Assembly: GCA_026127935.1 (NCBI GenBank)
Contig: JAJSLL010000008.1
Location: forward strand, 4,550-68,549
Direction: 5' to 3'
Length of the DNA: 64,000 bases
Origin: Thermoplasmatales archaeon
GTDB lineage: Archaea > Thermoplasmatota > Thermoplasmata > Thermoplasmatales > GCA-001856825
Each line of letters opens with the position of its first letter. Position 1 is the stretch's first letter. The position numbers were made by a program, and so were the translations under genes. The notes under the pieces are model-generated. The model saw only the letters and a list, made by a program, of their open reading frames with translations, was not told where the DNA came from and searched no databases. Positions 45,815 to 56,667 of this stretch are shown piece after piece.

Positions 45815-48462
45815 TTCTTTCCCCCCTCATACTTCGTTCCAAACATCTCTTTTACGAGATAATCCACGTCAACGGAATCTCCCTCAAATGATCTCGATGG
45901 GTCTGTTCCATCCTCCCCATATTCGAGCTGAATAATTGAGTCCTCCGTATCGAGTACCTTTCCTTCCTCCGATACTTTGAGGTCTTCAAGAGCGTTGATC
46001 AATCTTCTCTGCATGTACCCTGATCTTGAAGTTCTGACGGCAATATCCACAAGCCCTTCCCTTCCACCAGTCGCGTGGAAGAAATATTCGGTCGGATTCA
46101 GCCCCTCTTTGTAGGATGAACTGACGAAGCCCCTTGCGTATGCCCCTATGTCTCCCTTCTGGAAGTGTGGCAGCGTCCTGTTGGTGTACCCCCTGTGCTG
46201 CCTCTGACCTCTGATACTCTGCTGCCCTATGATACCGGCCATCTGAGCGAGGTTCATCATGTTCGCCCTCGCCCCTGACCTTGCCATTATGACAGTTGAG
46301 TTGTCCATACCCAGATAGTGGGAAGCAATCTCAGAACTCTTTTCCCTTGCCTGTGAAAGCGTCTTCATAACCATTGATTCCAGAGTATCCTCAAGGGTCT
46401 TTCCTGGTTCCATTCCAATGAGTCCATTCCTATAATTCTCTATGAGCTTCTCGACTTTTTGGACTGCCTCGTTTCCCACTTCCCTGAGCTGGGCCTTCGC
46501 CTCTCCTGGGACGTCTTCATCATCTATTCCTGTGGAGAAACCGGTGAAACTGATGACGCCAGCAGCAAGTCTGGTCAGGTTGTCGAGGAACTTGGCTCCT
46601 TCTGCATTTCCGTACTTCCTAAGCACATAATCAAGGAGAGCACCTTTGGACTGTCCGATGGCGTTTTCGTCAATCGCACCGTTAACCAGTTTGCCTTTCT
46701 CTATCCTTATCAGTCCTTCGGTCCCGTTCGGATCGAGACTCTTGTCTGCCAGTTTTCCCTTGAATTCCAGATTTACTCCTTCTGGAAGAATGAGCGAGAA
46801 AATATCTCTCCCCTTTAAGTATCTCTTTCCATCCACTTCTACGGGTTCGGGTGTGCGGTCAACGTCTATGTAGCTTGTGATGTGTAGTGCGGTTTCCAAT
46901 GGAATCAATGGATTCCTATAAGTCAACATGAAAAGTGCGGTAATGTGATCGTGTATTGCCCCCATTATCGGTCCTCCAAATCTTGGAGAAAGGAAGTTCT
47001 CCTGTACCTTCATTAGAATCTCAGCCTCTGCCCTTGCTTCCTGACTCTGCAGGACGTGGAGATTCATCTCATCCCCATCAAAGTCTGCATTGTAAGGTGC
47101 GCATACCGCAAGATTGAATCTGAAAGTCCTGTAGGGTAGGACCCTCACTTCGTGAGCCATCATGGACATCCTGTGAAGACTCGGTTGCCTGTTGAAGAGA
47201 ACAATGTCCCCATCTTCCATCTGTCTCTCGACCTGCCATCCAAGCTCCATCTTTTCAGCAACTTCTGCAGAGTTCTTTTCGGATATCTTTATCCTGCTTC
47301 CGTCGATTCTATACACGTAGTTTACTCCGGGTTTGTAGACCGCTTCGTCCCTCCCCGGACCGTTCTTTATCAGTTCCTTCAATCTTTCGAAATTGTGTTC
47401 GGTTGCGGTTTCTGTGACGGTGAGTTCTCTCGCTGCCTTTGCGGGTACGCCCACTTGATTTATCGATAGGAATGGCTCTGGACTTATGACAGTTCTCGCA
47501 GAGAAGTTTACCCTCTTACCAGAAAGGTTGCTCCTGAACCTTCCTTCCTTTCCCTTGAGTCTCTGAACCAGTGTTTTTAAGGACCTTCCCGACCTGTGCC
47601 TCGCCGGAGGCGTCCCGGGTGTCTGGTTATCAAAATAGGTTGTCACGTGATACTGCAGGAGGTCCCACAAGTCCTCTATGATTAACTGTGGACTTCCCTG
47701 GTCCCTGTTTTCCCTGAGTCTCTGATTAATTCTTATTACATCGACAAGCTTGTGGGTGAGATCGTCCTCGCTTCTCTCACCGGTTTCGAGTGTTATGGTA
47801 GGTCTTACATTAACTGGTGGAACCGGAAATACAGTGAGGATCATCCATTCCGGCCTTGCCACTTTTGGATCGAGACCGATCAGCGGGAGATCATCATTCT
47901 GAATCTTCTCAAATCTTTCCCTGATTTCCTTTGGAGTGAGTTTCTTTCCTTCTTCCCTGAACGTGGTTGGTTTGTCGAGTGCGACCTTTTGATTCTCAAA
48001 GTGACAGTGCGGACAGATGACAACTTCGGAAGCGTCAGATTCAACTTCAGAAACAATGTCGTCGTACTCAATATCACTGAGCTTGTTTGCTGTATCCTTT
48101 ATCTTCTCAAAGAATTCCTTTAGATTGCTGTCCGGAAGCTTAATCCTTCCACAGTTTGAGCAGGTGCTGGACAGGATCGAATATATTTCCTTTATGAACC
48201 CGATATGCACCACTGGCATGGCAAGTTCGATGTGCCCGAAATGTCCGGGGCACTGATCCACTTTCCCTCCGCAGGTCTTGCACTTCAGACCTGGTTCGAT
48301 GACTCCCATCGATGGGTCCATCAGCCCTTTCTCTATAGGATAACCATCATCGTCGTAGGTATCTGGAGTAATTACCTTTACAGCTGACATTCTCCTTATC
48401 TCTTCTGGGGATAGCAACGCAAATTTCAGTTCTTCAATTCCCTTTGAAATCTCTACCTTCAC
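45811..48462 (-). CDS. rpoA1: DNA-directed RNA polymerase subunit A' (Rpo1N)
   Basis: Zn motifs [14 protein letters not shown] and the catalytic [10 protein letters not shown]. Confidence 0.95.
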   Translation of the reverse strand: MKVEISKGIEELKFALLSPEEIRRMSAVKVITPDTYDDDGYPIEKGLMDPSMGVIEPGLKCKTCGGKVDQCPGHFGHIELAMPVVHIGFIKEIYSILSSTCSNCGRIKLPDSNLKEFFEKIKDTANKLSDIEYDDIVSEVESDASEVVICPHCHFENQKVALDKPTTFREEGKKLTPKEIRERFEKIQNDDLPLIGLDPKVARPEWMILTVFPVPPVNVRPTITLETGERSEDDLTHKLVDVIRINQRLRENRDQGSPQLIIEDLWDLLQYHVTTYFDNQTPGTPPARHRSGRSLKTLVQRLKGKEGRFRSNLSGKRVNFSARTVISPEPFLSINQVGVPAKAARELTVTETATEHNFERLKELIKNGPGRDEAVYKPGVNYVYRIDGSRIKISEKNSAEVAEKMELGWQVERQMEDGDIVLFNRQPSLHRMSMMAHEVRVLPYRTFRFNLAVCAPYNADFDGDEMNLHVLQSQEARAEAEILMKVQENFLSPRFGGPIMGAIHDHITALFMLTYRNPLIPLETALHITSYIDVDRTPEPVEVDGKRYLKGRDIFSLILPEGVNLEFKGKLADKSLDPNGTEGLIRIEKGKLVNGAIDENAIGQSKGALLDYVLRKYGNAEGAKFLDNLTRLAAGVISFTGFSTGIDDEDVPGEAKAQLREVGNEAVQKVEKLIENYRNGLIGMEPGKTLEDTLESMVMKTLSQAREKSSEIASHYLGMDNSTVIMARSGARANMMNLAQMAGIIGQQSIRGQRQHRGYTNRTLPHFQKGDIGAYARGFVSSSYKEGLNPTEYFFHATGGREGLVDIAVRTSRSGYMQRRLINALEDLKVSEEGKVLDTEDSIIQLEYGEDGTDPSRSFEGDSVDVDYLVKEMFGTKYEGGKK

Positions 48463-51400
48463 TTCAAATCACCCAACCTCAATCTCATAACAACGCCAAG
48501 CGACATCAATTCGTCTCTCATCAGCTTGAACGCGTAGCTCGTTTCCACAGGTCTGATGTTGCTGGTGTTTCCGCAGACTGGACACCTGAGCTGGTGAGTC
48601 TTGTAGTCGTAAATGGCTACGTGACCGCAATCAGGGTCACCACAGACGTAGACGGTGAATCCATCACTCTGGTCTAGCAACCTGTCCTTGATAGCCATAG
48701 CTGCGCCGTGACCTATTAGAGTATCTCTCTCCATTTCACCAAACCTTAGTCCGCCCTGCCTCGATCTTCCTTCGGTTGGTTGTCTTGTCAGTATCTGCAC
48801 GGGTCCCCTTGACCTTGCGTGGAATTTACCTGCAACCATGTGGTGCAGTTTCTGGTAATACACCACTCCAATGAAAATATCGGCTTTGAATTTCCTTCCT
48901 GCAATTCCATCATACATCGTTTCCCTTCCAGAAAACTTTAACCCATTCCTTTCCAGGGATTCCCTCAGAGATTCCTCCGGTTCCCCCTCGAACACAGTTC
49001 CGTTGATGAACCTTCCTTCCAGAGCACCGACCTTGCCTCCTATCGTTTCGAGTAGGTGACCAACCGTCATTCTGCTCGGAATTGAGTGCGGATTAATTAT
49101 CAGGTCTGGAATGACTCCCTCTTCAGTAAACGGCATGTCTTCTTGAGGGATAATCGCACCTATGACACCTTTCTGTCCGTGTCTGCTTGCAAACTTATCT
49201 CCGAGCTCAGGTATCCTATCATCCCTCACTTTTACCTTGAGGAGTCTACTGTTGTTCTCGGAAACCGTAAGGATGACCGAATCTATGTGACCGGTCTCGC
49301 CTGGTCTGTTCGTTATGGAACTTTCCCTCCTCTTCTGGATGGAAATCTTTTGCTCCTCTTCCATGAATCTTGGTGGCGAAGTCTTTCCGACAATGACGTC
49401 TCCTCCGGATACGTAAATTTCTGGAGACACCATTCCGTTCTCGTCTATGTTCCTGTACGACTCTTCACTCCTCACTCCCCTGACCTCTGGCGGAGGAATT
49501 TCGAATTTGTCTTCCTGTCCACCAGGATACCTCTTCTCTTCAGCCTTGTATGTTCTGAAGAATGCGGATCTTCCAAATCCTCTCTCAACCGATGCCTTGT
49601 TGACTATGACCGCATCCTGGATGTTGTAATTGTGATATGATATCAATGCCACAACGGCGTTTTGCCCTGAAGGCCTCCGGTTGTACTTGATGTATTTCGC
49701 TGCACCAGTCGTTACCATAGGTTTCTGAGGATAGTGAAGCACGTGTCCCCTGGTATCAGGTCTTAGCCTATAATTTGATGACGAAAGTCCCAGTGACTGT
49801 TTGGTCATGGCAGCTCCCATAGTGACCCTTGGAGACTGGTTGTGTTCCGCGTACGGAATGACTCCAACGACCACTCCTTGAATCATCATCGGGTCTATTT
49901 CCATGTGGGTGTGTTCCGGGCCATAAGTTTTCTTCCCATCGAAAACATTGTTACACTTCAGGCACTTGAGCTTGACTGCCTCTTCCCCTGGATTCACCCA
50001 TTCAGTAAGGTCGCTATAGAGATAGGTCCCGCAGTGCGGACACTTCAGTGGTTTCTCATATGGATAGATTGAGACGAACGAGTTCTCTTCCTCTTCCGCA
50101 TCCAGCCACTCTATGATACCACCTGCTATGAGGTCTTTCACTCCCATCTTTCCGGAGAGAAGGTTCTCCCTTGTGGCAGCATTGAATCTTGTCTTTCCAT
50201 TATAGACCACGATTAGCGGTCTCCTTATCCTTCCCTTGTCTGTGTTGATGATGACTTCGTTCGTTGTATCATCGAATCTAATATTGACCTGGTTCGATAG
50301 GTTACCAGACCTCCTCTTCTTTCTTATTTCGGCTACTACACTCAATCCGTCCTTGTGATAACCGATCAGATTACCATTGACATATATTCTTGAAAGTCCA
50401 GGCTTCTCCCCCAGTATTTCTTCGAGACCCATCTTCTTCAACAGTTCGATGATGTTTTCTTCCGGGAATCCTTCTGTGATGTCTATAACCAAACTGGCGT
50501 TCTTTACGAGCCCACAGTTCTGTCCCTCTGGTGTCTCATTCGGACACATCCTTCCCCATTGGGTTGGATGCAGATCCCTTGCCTCGAAGTGCGGCTGTGA
50601 TCTTGTCAGTGGCGAGGATATCCTCCTCAAATGTGAGAGGGTGGCGATGTATGAAGTCCTCTCCAGAAGCTGTGACACTCCCGTCCTTCCTCCGATCCAG
50701 TTTCCCGTTGAGATTGCGTGCTTCAGCTTCTCGTTCAGAACATCTTGTCTCACTGCAGCGTTGAGCCTGATGCCCCTTTTCCTGTTATAGGTTTTTTCCA
50801 GCTGACCCTTGAGGTCCTTAAGCAGTGCCTGCGCTGAGCTCCTGAACAGCTCCTCCAAGAGGTCTCCGGATAACTTTATTCTCTTGTTTGCAAGGTGATC
50901 CTTGTCGTCTTCTTTCCTGATACCCAGATAGAGTTCCAGGAGTGCTCTTGCCATTCTCCCGAGGTATATTCCCTTCTTGGTTCTGTCTTGAATAGAGTCA
51001 CCTAGATGCGGTAGCAAATTCTTGTCGAGAATCTGGGACATCTTCTTTTCCCTGAATTCTTTTGCCTGCCCTGCAGCGAACCTCTTTTCCAGATAGTTGA
51101 TTGCGTCCTTTTCACTCAATATTCCGGTCGTAGGATAGAGCTCAGTGTTTTCAGAGTCCTCTATGTTTGCCAGGACGACTGGAACCATCTTTTCGTTTGT
51201 CACTATTGAATCGTAAATATCCTTGTCCTTGTCGACGCCCAGTGCCTTCATCAATACGACGAGTGGAATAGTTCCTGCGATCGACGGAATGGAAACTGTG
51301 AGTATTCCGTCTGCTTTCCTCTCGACTGCTATGAGGGCCCTGTAACCTTCCTTCTGTGAGAATATCTTTGCGACTTCGACCCTTGAATCGTACTTCTCCT

Positions 51401-52076
51401 CATATTCGACAATGATCTTGTTAGGGGCCAGATCCTCCATTGATATGAGGGTCCTTTCTGTTCCTCCAATAATGAAGTATCCGCCTGCATCTTGTGGGTC
51501 CTCTCCGAGCAATTGGAGCTTCTTTTCGTAAGGAAGGGATAACAATTCCTCCTCCGTCATTCCCCTTATTTTTTCGTCCTTCCTGAGGTTAATTCTCCTG
51601 ATGAATTCATCAGTGTTGTTCTTGTGAAGTATGCATATCTTAGACCTCACCATGACTGGGAACTCTCCTATCTTGATCTTCTCATTCCTGATCTCCGTGT
51701 CTTCCTCGAGAACAGTGAAGTCGAGAAACAGTGGGGCCATATAGTTGAGGTCCCTCAGTCTCGCTTCAAGAGGAGTTATGTAGTTCTCCGATCCTGTGGG
51801 TTCCCTGATCTTCGGGAGCTCAATGGATATTGTCGTTTCTGGCTTTTCGACATTCTTCCGCCTCCCGAATCTGATCCTAATGTCCACTCCGCCAGTCTTT
51901 GATCTGTCAAGCTTCATCTCACCAGGTAAGTCATCCTCCGTCACCCTTAGGGTGTCGAAGACTTGCTGCATTCCTGAATCAGGGTTGTCTTCTGTTGGGA
52001 TAAAATCGTTGTAAGAAACTAGTTGATGGTTGACTACTTCTATCTCTTTGAAAAACGTATTCAAAATGCTATACAT
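48459..52076 (-). CDS. rpoB: DNA-directed RNA polymerase subunit B (unsplit Rpo2)
   Basis: ..HNQSPR.., ..[13 protein letters not shown].., ..FGEMERD.., and a C-terminal Zn ribbon. One continuous 1205-aa ORF. Confidence 0.95.
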   Translation of the reverse strand: MYSILNTFFKEIEVVNHQLVSYNDFIPTEDNPDSGMQQVFDTLRVTEDDLPGEMKLDRSKTGGVDIRIRFGRRKNVEKPETTISIELPKIREPTGSENYITPLEARLRDLNYMAPLFLDFTVLEEDTEIRNEKIKIGEFPVMVRSKICILHKNNTDEFIRRINLRKDEKIRGMTEEELLSLPYEKKLQLLGEDPQDAGGYFIIGGTERTLISMEDLAPNKIIVEYEEKYDSRVEVAKIFSQKEGYRALIAVERKADGILTVSIPSIAGTIPLVVLMKALGVDKDKDIYDSIVTNEKMVPVVLANIEDSENTELYPTTGILSEKDAINYLEKRFAAGQAKEFREKKMSQILDKNLLPHLGDSIQDRTKKGIYLGRMARALLELYLGIRKEDDKDHLANKRIKLSGDLLEELFRSSAQALLKDLKGQLEKTYNRKRGIRLNAAVRQDVLNEKLKHAISTGNWIGGRTGVSQLLERTSYIATLSHLRRISSPLTRSQPHFEARDLHPTQWGRMCPNETPEGQNCGLVKNASLVIDITEGFPEENIIELLKKMGLEEILGEKPGLSRIYVNGNLIGYHKDGLSVVAEIRKKRRSGNLSNQVNIRFDDTTNEVIINTDKGRIRRPLIVVYNGKTRFNAATRENLLSGKMGVKDLIAGGIIEWLDAEEEENSFVSIYPYEKPLKCPHCGTYLYSDLTEWVNPGEEAVKLKCLKCNNVFDGKKTYGPEHTHMEIDPMMIQGVVVGVIPYAEHNQSPRVTMGAAMTKQSLGLSSSNYRLRPDTRGHVLHYPQKPMVTTGAAKYIKYNRRPSGQNAVVALISYHNYNIQDAVIVNKASVERGFGRSAFFRTYKAEEKRYPGGQEDKFEIPPPEVRGVRSEESYRNIDENGMVSPEIYVSGGDVIVGKTSPPRFMEEEQKISIQKRRESSITNRPGETGHIDSVILTVSENNSRLLKVKVRDDRIPELGDKFASRHGQKGVIGAIIPQEDMPFTEEGVIPDLIINPHSIPSRMTVGHLLETIGGKVGALEGRFINGTVFEGEPEESLRESLERNGLKFSGRETMYDGIAGRKFKADIFIGVVYYQKLHHMVAGKFHARSRGPVQILTRQPTEGRSRQGGLRFGEMERDTLIGHGAAMAIKDRLLDQSDGFTVYVCGDPDCGHVAIYDYKTHQLRCPVCGNTSNIRPVETSYAFKLMRDELMSLGVVMRLRLGDLK

Positions 52077-52079
52077 TTA

Positions 52080-52340
52080 TTATTCACCTATCACGGTTCT
52101 GTATATCTTGGCAATTCCTCTTGTCCTGCTCTTTCTGACTATTTCAATAATTCTACCGGGAACAATTTCTCCTATCCCCGGGGCCTTTTCCAGTGTCTTT
52201 ACGACTGGGTCAGTCCTCCTGATCTTTGGAAGCTGTGCCTTGGTAACTCCCAGTGACTTCAAAATATTCTCTTCCTCCTTTACGGGAACCAACCAGTGTT
52301 CCGGAACCATCTCGTGCATTAATATATTATATTTCGCCAT
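52080..52340 (-). CDS. rpoH: DNA-directed RNA polymerase subunit H (Rpo5)
   Basis: '..HEMVPEHWLV...E.....LGV...QLPKI...DPV.K....PG.I..I.R.S...G' RpoH signature, first gene of the rpoHBA'A'' operon. Confidence 0.9.
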   Translation of the reverse strand: MAKYNILMHEMVPEHWLVPVKEEENILKSLGVTKAQLPKIRRTDPVVKTLEKAPGIGEIVPGRIIEIVRKSRTRGIAKIYRTVIGE

Positions 52341-52563
52341 AGAACTTTAGCCCTCGAGCAATCCCAAGCATTTAGCGCCTGCCATATCAGAATTTTCACA
52401 CAAACTCATTTTAAACCTCTGGAATTGCCTGACCTTATCTTTTAATGATACATATTCTTTGTGTTTTCATTTATTAATTAAGATTAATATTTTAGGTGTG
52501 CAATAAATCAATTCTCCATCTGTTAATTAGTTGACTGATTAAACCACAAAATTTATTAGTCTT

Positions 52564-52803
52564 TTGGTAGCACAATTTCTGATTATACCGAGTGGCATAA
52601 AGTTGGAACGAGCTTGCAGCAAGCACTTCCCAAATGATTCGTCCCAGATACTAATTTTCGGAACCGGAACTTGCACTATTAGAATCTCAAGTGTAGAGAG
52701 AAAGATCCTCTTACTATTCTTCGGAGGGGGTGCTGAGCGATATTCGCTTGTGAAATTATCTTATGATCTCTTAGAGTCTGAATATATGGAGACGGATCTA
52801 TAA
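52564..52803 (+). CDS. Hypothetical ORF (weak)
   Basis: 79-aa TTG-started ORF in an AT-rich spacer. No motif recognised. Confidence 0.15.
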   Translation: MVAQFLIIPSGIKLERACSKHFPNDSSQILIFGTGTCTIRISSVERKILLLFFGGGAERYSLVKLSYDLLESEYMETDL

Positions 52804-52972
52804 TCACAGATTTAGAGCTCGAGAAAAGTGAGCATTGATGGAACCAAGATAACCTACGAAATGACTAATGGAGTAGCCTTCTCCAAGCCTAGAAAACTGC
52901 AAAGACCTTTGCGGAGGTCCATTTGAGGAAGATGTTTCAAAATAGATCACGGACACTTCGGGAGAACTGACT

Positions 52973-53263
52973 GTGAGTCCGACTCAAAGGATCGAAATAC
53001 TGATAACATTCAAACACAGCAAGAAAGTGGACAAGACTGTCGAAGAGTTGAAGAAAGATCTGGAAAAGAATGAGATGGGCGGCCATTATGCCAATGAAAT
53101 GGAAAGGGTCGCAACATACAAGACAGGGATTGGAACATATATGTTTTCAGGGTTAATAGATGCAATGATTATCGAGTCGTCAAACCAGAATGCAGAGGGG
53201 AATGATTACTTAGATAAGGTATTCCAAAAAGTCATGAATAGTGTAGAGATCAAAAAAAAATAG
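52973..53263 (+). CDS. Hypothetical protein (96 aa)
   Basis: GTG-started ORF with charged, helical-looking composition. No family recognised. Confidence 0.3.
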   Translation: MSPTQRIEILITFKHSKKVDKTVEELKKDLEKNEMGGHYANEMERVATYKTGIGTYMFSGLIDAMIIESSNQNAEGNDYLDKVFQKVMNSVEIKKK

Positions 53264-53502
53264 ATTGAAAAAAGAAACTGTTAATCTGACGAGCCTCCAT
53301 CCAATAAGTTACCAAGGTATCTGGGGTTCGAGTTGACAAAAAACGTGCAAGCAAACGGCAAATTCTGAGGAATGTAAAACTTCAATCTTGACCTCTGATC
53401 TTGATTTCTTCCGGAGCGTGTTAAAATAAAATTTCACCAAATAGACAGTCGAGAAAGTCTGTAGCAAATTGGCCCGGGGGATGCTATGGTAGATGCATCT
53501 TT

Positions 53503-54330
53503 TCAATCCAGTCCTTCCAGCCAGGGGAGTACTTCTCTTATCAGAGACGGCCCGTGATGGGCGAAGAAATCGTATTCACCGGGAGTGAGGTAGATTTGCC
53601 TATTGTTATATGCTCTGAGGTTCATCCACTTTCTAGAGGATATCATCGTATCGAGCATATTGACTTCACGCTTGGTGAACATCTTTGGTTCCATGATGAT
53701 GTAATCAGGGTCACTCTCTCTCACAAAATCAAAATCGGGGTAAAGCCATTCTTTTGAAATTCCTGAGTAGATTGACTTGAAATTCATGAACCGAAGAACG
53801 TCGGTTATATATGAGAGGGAGCCGAAAGTTACTGGACTTCCGAGATCACATTCTAGGTACACCGTTTTCTGTTTACCGATTCTTAGATCCTTGGTAAGTT
53901 CCCACAGATCCCTTTCAAGTACTCTTCCATCGTCCTCCCTTCCTATGACTACACCGACCTTTGTAACCAGGTCAAGAACACCCGCCAAAGAGGACGGGAG
54001 TTTGAATGAGAATGTCTTGAAGTGCAGACTGAGTTTGTCTGCGATTAAGTTCTGGTAACCTGTGACGGTCAGTATCAAATCTGGCCTCAATTTCTCAAAC
54101 TGTTCGATGCTTGCATACCCGTAACTCGCTACTTTCTTCTTGGTCATCGCTTCCTGGGGTCTAACACAGAAAGGAGTCACACCGACTATCTTGTCCCCCA
54201 TTCCTAGGTCGAACAAGATTTCGGTAATCGCAGGACTGAGACTAATGATTCTTTCGATAGTCTCTGGGACTTCTACTTCCTTGTTCCGATCGTCTATCAA
54301 GGTAACCAAAGCAATTGAGATTTCGAACAC
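53503..54330 (-). CDS. Periplasmic-binding-protein type 2 (BtuF / Fe-siderophore-binding-like) protein, no signal peptide, orphan
   Basis: '..RIISLSPAITEILFDLGMGDKIVGVT.. ..LRPDLIL..' is typical of Peripla_BP_2. No adjacent permease or ATPase. Confidence 0.65.
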   Translation of the reverse strand: MFEISIALVTLIDDRNKEVEVPETIERIISLSPAITEILFDLGMGDKIVGVTPFCVRPQEAMTKKKVASYGYASIEQFEKLRPDLILTVTGYQNLIADKLSLHFKTFSFKLPSSLAGVLDLVTKVGVVIGREDDGRVLERDLWELTKDLRIGKQKTVYLECDLGSPVTFGSLSYITDVLRFMNFKSIYSGISKEWLYPDFDFVRESDPDYIIMEPKMFTKREVNMLDTMISSRKWMNLRAYNNRQIYLTPGEYDFFAHHGPSLIREVLPWLEGLD

Positions 54331-54441
54331 CTATTTTAACGTCAACTGAGAAATTAGCTCGATATATACCTCAGAAGCTGGTTATATCTGGCATATCACC
54401 AAATTTTTAATGGGTAAACCAATTTCCTTCCTGTAGGATTA

Positions 54442-54639
54442 ATGGCTAAGGTTAAGATATTCGGTGACAGTAAAGAAGTCCAGGTTGAAGGAAAGATGAG
54501 CGGTGAAGTCATACTGAAGCAACTCGGACTATGTTCAAGTTCGACTATCATCCTGCGAAATGGCAAGCCCATACCAGAGGACAGCCTTGTCGGGGAAGAT
54601 GACGATATCACGATCATCAAGTCGTTTTCAGGCGGTTGA
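54442..54639 (+). CDS. ThiS/MoaD-family ubiquitin-fold protein (SAMP-like) ending in Gly-Gly
   Basis: 65 aa, beta-grasp-like pattern, C-terminus ..IIKSFSGG*. Confidence 0.7.
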   Translation: MAKVKIFGDSKEVQVEGKMSGEVILKQLGLCSSSTIILRNGKPIPEDSLVGEDDDITIIKSFSGG

Positions 54640-55623
54640 ATAATCCATCCTATACCTGAGTACCGCAACCATTCCTCCATACGATTCGACTATTTTTCCG
54701 GTTTCCCAGGAGCCGTGGACAACGAACAACTTACAGCCACCCTGGCTGCACTTTTCCATATAAGTTGCTGCACTGGGACTCCTGAAGAATTTATCAGACA
54801 TTAAAAGTGTAGAGACTGCCCTCATATCAAGAGCCTTTCCCACCTCCTTCTTGCCGTAAGAAGAAATACCCAAGCCAAATCCTTTGAGGAAGTCTGAAAT
54901 CAATTTACTTTCCGCACTCCTTCTGAGGTTTACAACGCCCTCTTGGAGCAACTCTCTGATTCCGTCCTCTTCAGATGATCCAATTTGAGTATTGACAGAT
55001 TTGTAGCCGTTCTGGGAGAGGAGTTTAGAGATAGAGTCCCTAAAAATTGATGGGCCTATGATGTAGATTTCTCCCTGACGGTGCTTTTCCATTTTCTCGA
55101 GGAAATCTTCTCGATAGCTGTTTTCTTTTCCTTCATACATCTTGCCAGTGCTTGTCGAAATTCTCCAGAGCATATCGTTCTTGGACTCATTGATTCCATA
55201 TAGTGTGATGTTTTGATCGTCCGTGGACAGTACCAGAACTGTTGAGTTTGTTAGACTTGACGACTCTTCAAGAGTCCGGACAAAATTGACTCTATCCAGC
55301 GGAACTATTGAAATCGTGGATTCTGGTTCCACATTGATAGACTGATGTTCACCTACGTAGTCCTCTGGCCCCCCGATTATCTTACCAAGTATATGGAGCC
55401 TGGAAGATAGCTCAAGGAACTCGACGCTCTCAATCCTGATCGAAACTTTTATCCTTTCTCTCTCCGTCTTCTTATTTCTAATCACGTCCTCTTTCCTCTC
55501 CACTCTTCTCAGAACTTCTGCGACGAGAACGTCTCCTTCTTTGAGGAACAGTGAGAGATACCAAAGGTCTTCTCCTCCCGTGATCTCGATGTTCACAAGA
55601 TCATCATTAATCGTGAATTTCAA
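54628..55623 (-). CDS. pelA: Pelota (Dom34 homolog, no-go/non-stop mRNA surveillance)
   Basis: N-terminal ..GEDLWYLSLFLKEGD.. and an eRF1-like central and C-terminal domain. Confidence 0.9.
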   Translation of the reverse strand: MKFTINDDLVNIEITGGEDLWYLSLFLKEGDVLVAEVLRRVERKEDVIRNKKTERERIKVSIRIESVEFLELSSRLHILGKIIGGPEDYVGEHQSINVEPESTISIVPLDRVNFVRTLEESSSLTNSTVLVLSTDDQNITLYGINESKNDMLWRISTSTGKMYEGKENSYREDFLEKMEKHRQGEIYIIGPSIFRDSISKLLSQNGYKSVNTQIGSSEEDGIRELLQEGVVNLRRSAESKLISDFLKGFGLGISSYGKKEVGKALDMRAVSTLLMSDKFFRSPSAATYMEKCSQGGCKLFVVHGSWETGKIVESYGGMVAVLRYRMDYSTA

Positions 55624-56047
55624 ATCCTACCCTCTCCACCATTTTTCGGAAGTTTTCCATGTGGCTACCGTTCCAGTAATACCTTTTGCAACTATTGCAA
55701 CGGAAGATTTGTTTCGCATCCTTGTTGACATATTCTGGGAGCTCAAGCCCATTTTCTATACTTTCCAAACTGCGACCACAAATGCTGCAAAGTTCCATGA
55801 ACCTGTGTTCGGGAGCAGGTAATGCACCTTTGAGTTCAGCTAACTGCCTTTCAGAGTCGTGCGATTCGATAAGCACGGAATTTTTCAGTTTACCGTGCAG
55901 TAGCTTGTCCCTCGTCAATATCAAATTATTTTCAGATATGCTGATGATATAAGAATCATCCTTGTCCTTTTCTATGTACTTCACATCATACCCGATTATC
56001 CGCAGATATCTGGCCAGTTTACCGAGCATGCTATCTGCTATTATCAT
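55607..56047 (-). CDS. Mut7-C / DUF82 PIN-like RNase domain protein with C-terminal Zn ribbon
   Basis: 'MIIADSMLGKLARYLRIIGYDV' N-terminus plus C..C...C..C. Confidence 0.8.
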   Translation of the reverse strand: MIIADSMLGKLARYLRIIGYDVKYIEKDKDDSYIISISENNLILTRDKLLHGKLKNSVLIESHDSERQLAELKGALPAPEHRFMELCSICGRSLESIENGLELPEYVNKDAKQIFRCNSCKRYYWNGSHMENFRKMVERVGFEIHD

Positions 56048-56667
56048 CGTTTGACGTATACCACTTCTGCGCTTTTTATGCTATCTATTATCTCTTTTCC
56101 GAACGCCATTTTCTTCATCTTCACGTCCCTAGGTTCGTCTACGGGTCTTGCGTAGTCAAATCCATGAATATAGATTTTCTTTGCCCCCATTAAAACGCCC
56201 ATGATCACGCTCCTGTCTCCATCTGTGAACCCGCCTATATTTCTCACCCTCTGCAATGGAACGCTCTGAGTCGTCCCTAGAACAACTCCCTGCATTCTTG
56301 GGACGAACTTCACCAATTTTTGTATGTTATCACCGTGGGCATGCACTACTTTTATGCTCTCAGTGTGGTTCAATATCCTGTCGACAGGTCCGTCCAAATC
56401 CGTCACGATCATGTCGCAACTTCCGTCATAGTAGTTGAGGGCAGAGTCCGCGACTATTACGTAACCCTTTGGTTCACTAACCAGATCTGCGGGTCCAATT
56501 ACACTCACAATTTCCTCCCTCGGAAGATCCTCCCAGAGGTTCTTCGAGATTAGATTGTTCAGTTCAATTCCGGCCAAAAGGTCCCCGTATGGGTTGAACC
56601 TAAAGGTCGCGACTATCTTTCTGTGAAGTTGTATGTTCCGTTGAGTGTTCCTCGAATCCTTTTGCAT
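56044..56667 (-). CDS. MptE-like (DUF115) 6-hydroxymethylpterin diphosphokinase family protein
   Basis: '..VTDLDG.. ..HAHGDN.. ..GGFTDGDR..' motif series. The true start is probably internal, because the ORF overlaps the upstream gene by 68 nt. Confidence 0.6.
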   Translation of the reverse strand: MQKDSRNTQRNIQLHRKIVATFRFNPYGDLLAGIELNNLISKNLWEDLPREEIVSVIGPADLVSEPKGYVIVADSALNYYDGSCDMIVTDLDGPVDRILNHTESIKVVHAHGDNIQKLVKFVPRMQGVVLGTTQSVPLQRVRNIGGFTDGDRSVIMGVLMGAKKIYIHGFDYARPVDEPRDVKMKKMAFGKEIIDSIKSAEVVYVKR

